Shown here piece after piece: positions 62,968 to 64,000 of a DNA stretch of 64,000 nucleotides. The notes beneath the pieces were generated by a model, which saw only the letters and a list, made by a program, of their open reading frames with translations, was not told the origin of the DNA and searched no databases. This DNA is from an uncultured candidate division Zixibacteria bacterium (GTDB lineage: Bacteria; Zixibacteria; MSB-5A5; RBG-16-43-9). Within the stretch, counting starts at the first letter, position 1. Each line of letters begins with the position of its first letter. The stretch covers positions 1,600,001-1,664,000 of the forward strand of contig OY970208.1 of the NCBI GenBank assembly GCA_963713865.1, in the 5' to 3' direction. Made by a program: the position numbers and the translations under genes.

Positions 62968-64000
62968 TTGGACGAACATACTCTTAAAGTAATAGAATTC
63001 GATAAGATAAAGAAGATCTTAGAATCGAGGTGCCTTTCAGAGCTAGGCAAGAAAAAGGTATTACATCTTTTTCCGGTTATGGAGAAGGAGCTTATCTCTA
63101 AATGGCAAAAAGATACAACTGAACTTAAGGAGATTTTACAGTTCGAGGAAAATTTTCCTTTATATTCGATCCCGGATCTATCAGATTCTTTAAGAAAAGC
63201 AGAGAGGATCGGGGGATATCTTGAGCCAAAGGAATTTCTGAGGCTTGAGGAGATGCTCAAGCTCTGTGGTTTGCTCCTCAAATTCATTCAGGGAAAAGAA
63301 AAGAAATATTCTCAGATAAGCTCTCTGGTCCTCAAGCTCAGAAGATTTGAAGATATCTCTAAAGCCATAAATAAAGCCATAGACCATTCAGGTGAGATCA
63401 AGGATAAAGCTTCCCAGACACTTTTTTCCATCAGGCAGGAAAAGAATACCAACCGCAATCGTATCTTAGATAAACTCCAAAATCTTCTGAAGCTGAAAAA
63501 AAAAGAGGCTCAAGAAGAGATTATCACTTTAAGAGAAGACAGGTATGTGGTCTCTATACCAACAGAAGAGTTTCAGAAAAGTAAAGGGATAGTGCATGAC
63601 CGTTCCAGTTCTGGCGCTACTCTTTTTGTGGAGCCTTTGCCAGTGGTTGAGCTGAATAATAGACAGAGAGAGTTGGAGGTAGAGGAAAAAAACGAGATAG
63701 AGAAAATCTTAAAGGGGATAACCTCACTGGTTAGAAAAGATCTGGATAATTTAAAGATATCTTTAGAGGTGATTGCCGAGCTTGATTTTATACATTCAAA
63801 GGCGCTTTTCTCCCTGGAATGTAAAGGGAATGAACCCCTATTTAACTCAGAAGGTTTCATATATCTTAATAATGCTCGTCATCCTCTGTTATATCTTTCA
63901 GGTTCAATTCCCAGAAAACAGGTTATGCCTCTTTCTTTAGAGCTGGGTAAAAAATTCACTGTTCTGGTTATAACCGGACCTAATACTGGAGGAAAAACTG
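62968..64000 (+). CDS. mutS2: Endonuclease MutS2 (3' truncated; absent from the ORF track)
   Basis: TTG start MDEHTLKVIEFDKI; GIVHDRSSSGATLFVEP, ARHPLL and ITGPNTGGKT motifs. Confidence 0.92.
   Translation, partial: MDEHTLKVIEFDKIKKILESRCLSELGKKKVLHLFPVMEKELISKWQKDTTELKEILQFEENFPLYSIPDLSDSLRKAERIGGYLEPKEFLRLEEMLKLCGLLLKFIQGKEKKYSQISSLVLKLRRFEDISKAINKAIDHSGEIKDKASQTLFSIRQEKNTNRNRILDKLQNLLKLKKKEAQEEIITLREDRYVVSIPTEEFQKSKGIVHDRSSSGATLFVEPLPVVELNNRQRELEVEEKNEIEKILKGITSLVRKDLDNLKISLEVIAELDFIHSKALFSLECKGNEPLFNSEGFIYLNNARHPLLYLSGSIPRKQVMPLSLELGKKFTVLVITGPNTGGKT

Noticed and set aside
62853-63860. Minus-strand ORFs at the window end
   Set aside because: They are antisense shadows of mutS2 on the + strand.

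Overview
This is a low-GC bacterial chromosomal window from the FCB superphylum; gene content and T9SS C-terminal domain (CTD) style suggest Zixibacteria, which is an inference. It carries a long T9SS-associated operon (porU, an unusually enlarged porV, an M6 protease, outer-membrane proteins, a BamA/TamA-like gene and a DGGGP synthase-like UbiA). It also holds fetAB-nth-cupin-bshCAB next to a complete selenocysteine locus (selC-selD-selA-selB, with SelD itself a UGA-recoded selenoprotein), nfeD/slipin, pilT-pilC-pilS, mtaB-prmA-rsmE, an exosortase H/IPTL-CTERM system and rpsU-yqeY-cvpA-mutS2. The best candidate for an undescribed system is a truncated Lnt-like membrane protein ending in an RGPP arrest-type motif, whose last codons can pair with the SD and AUG of the downstream IPTL-CTERM gene; this would be a putative force-sensing translational switch. 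Intergenic DNA is dense in GTAG-type palindromes and strand-polarised 7/8-mer tandem repeats, several of which sit in frame inside proteins. Four +1 frameshifts look like sequencing artefacts.
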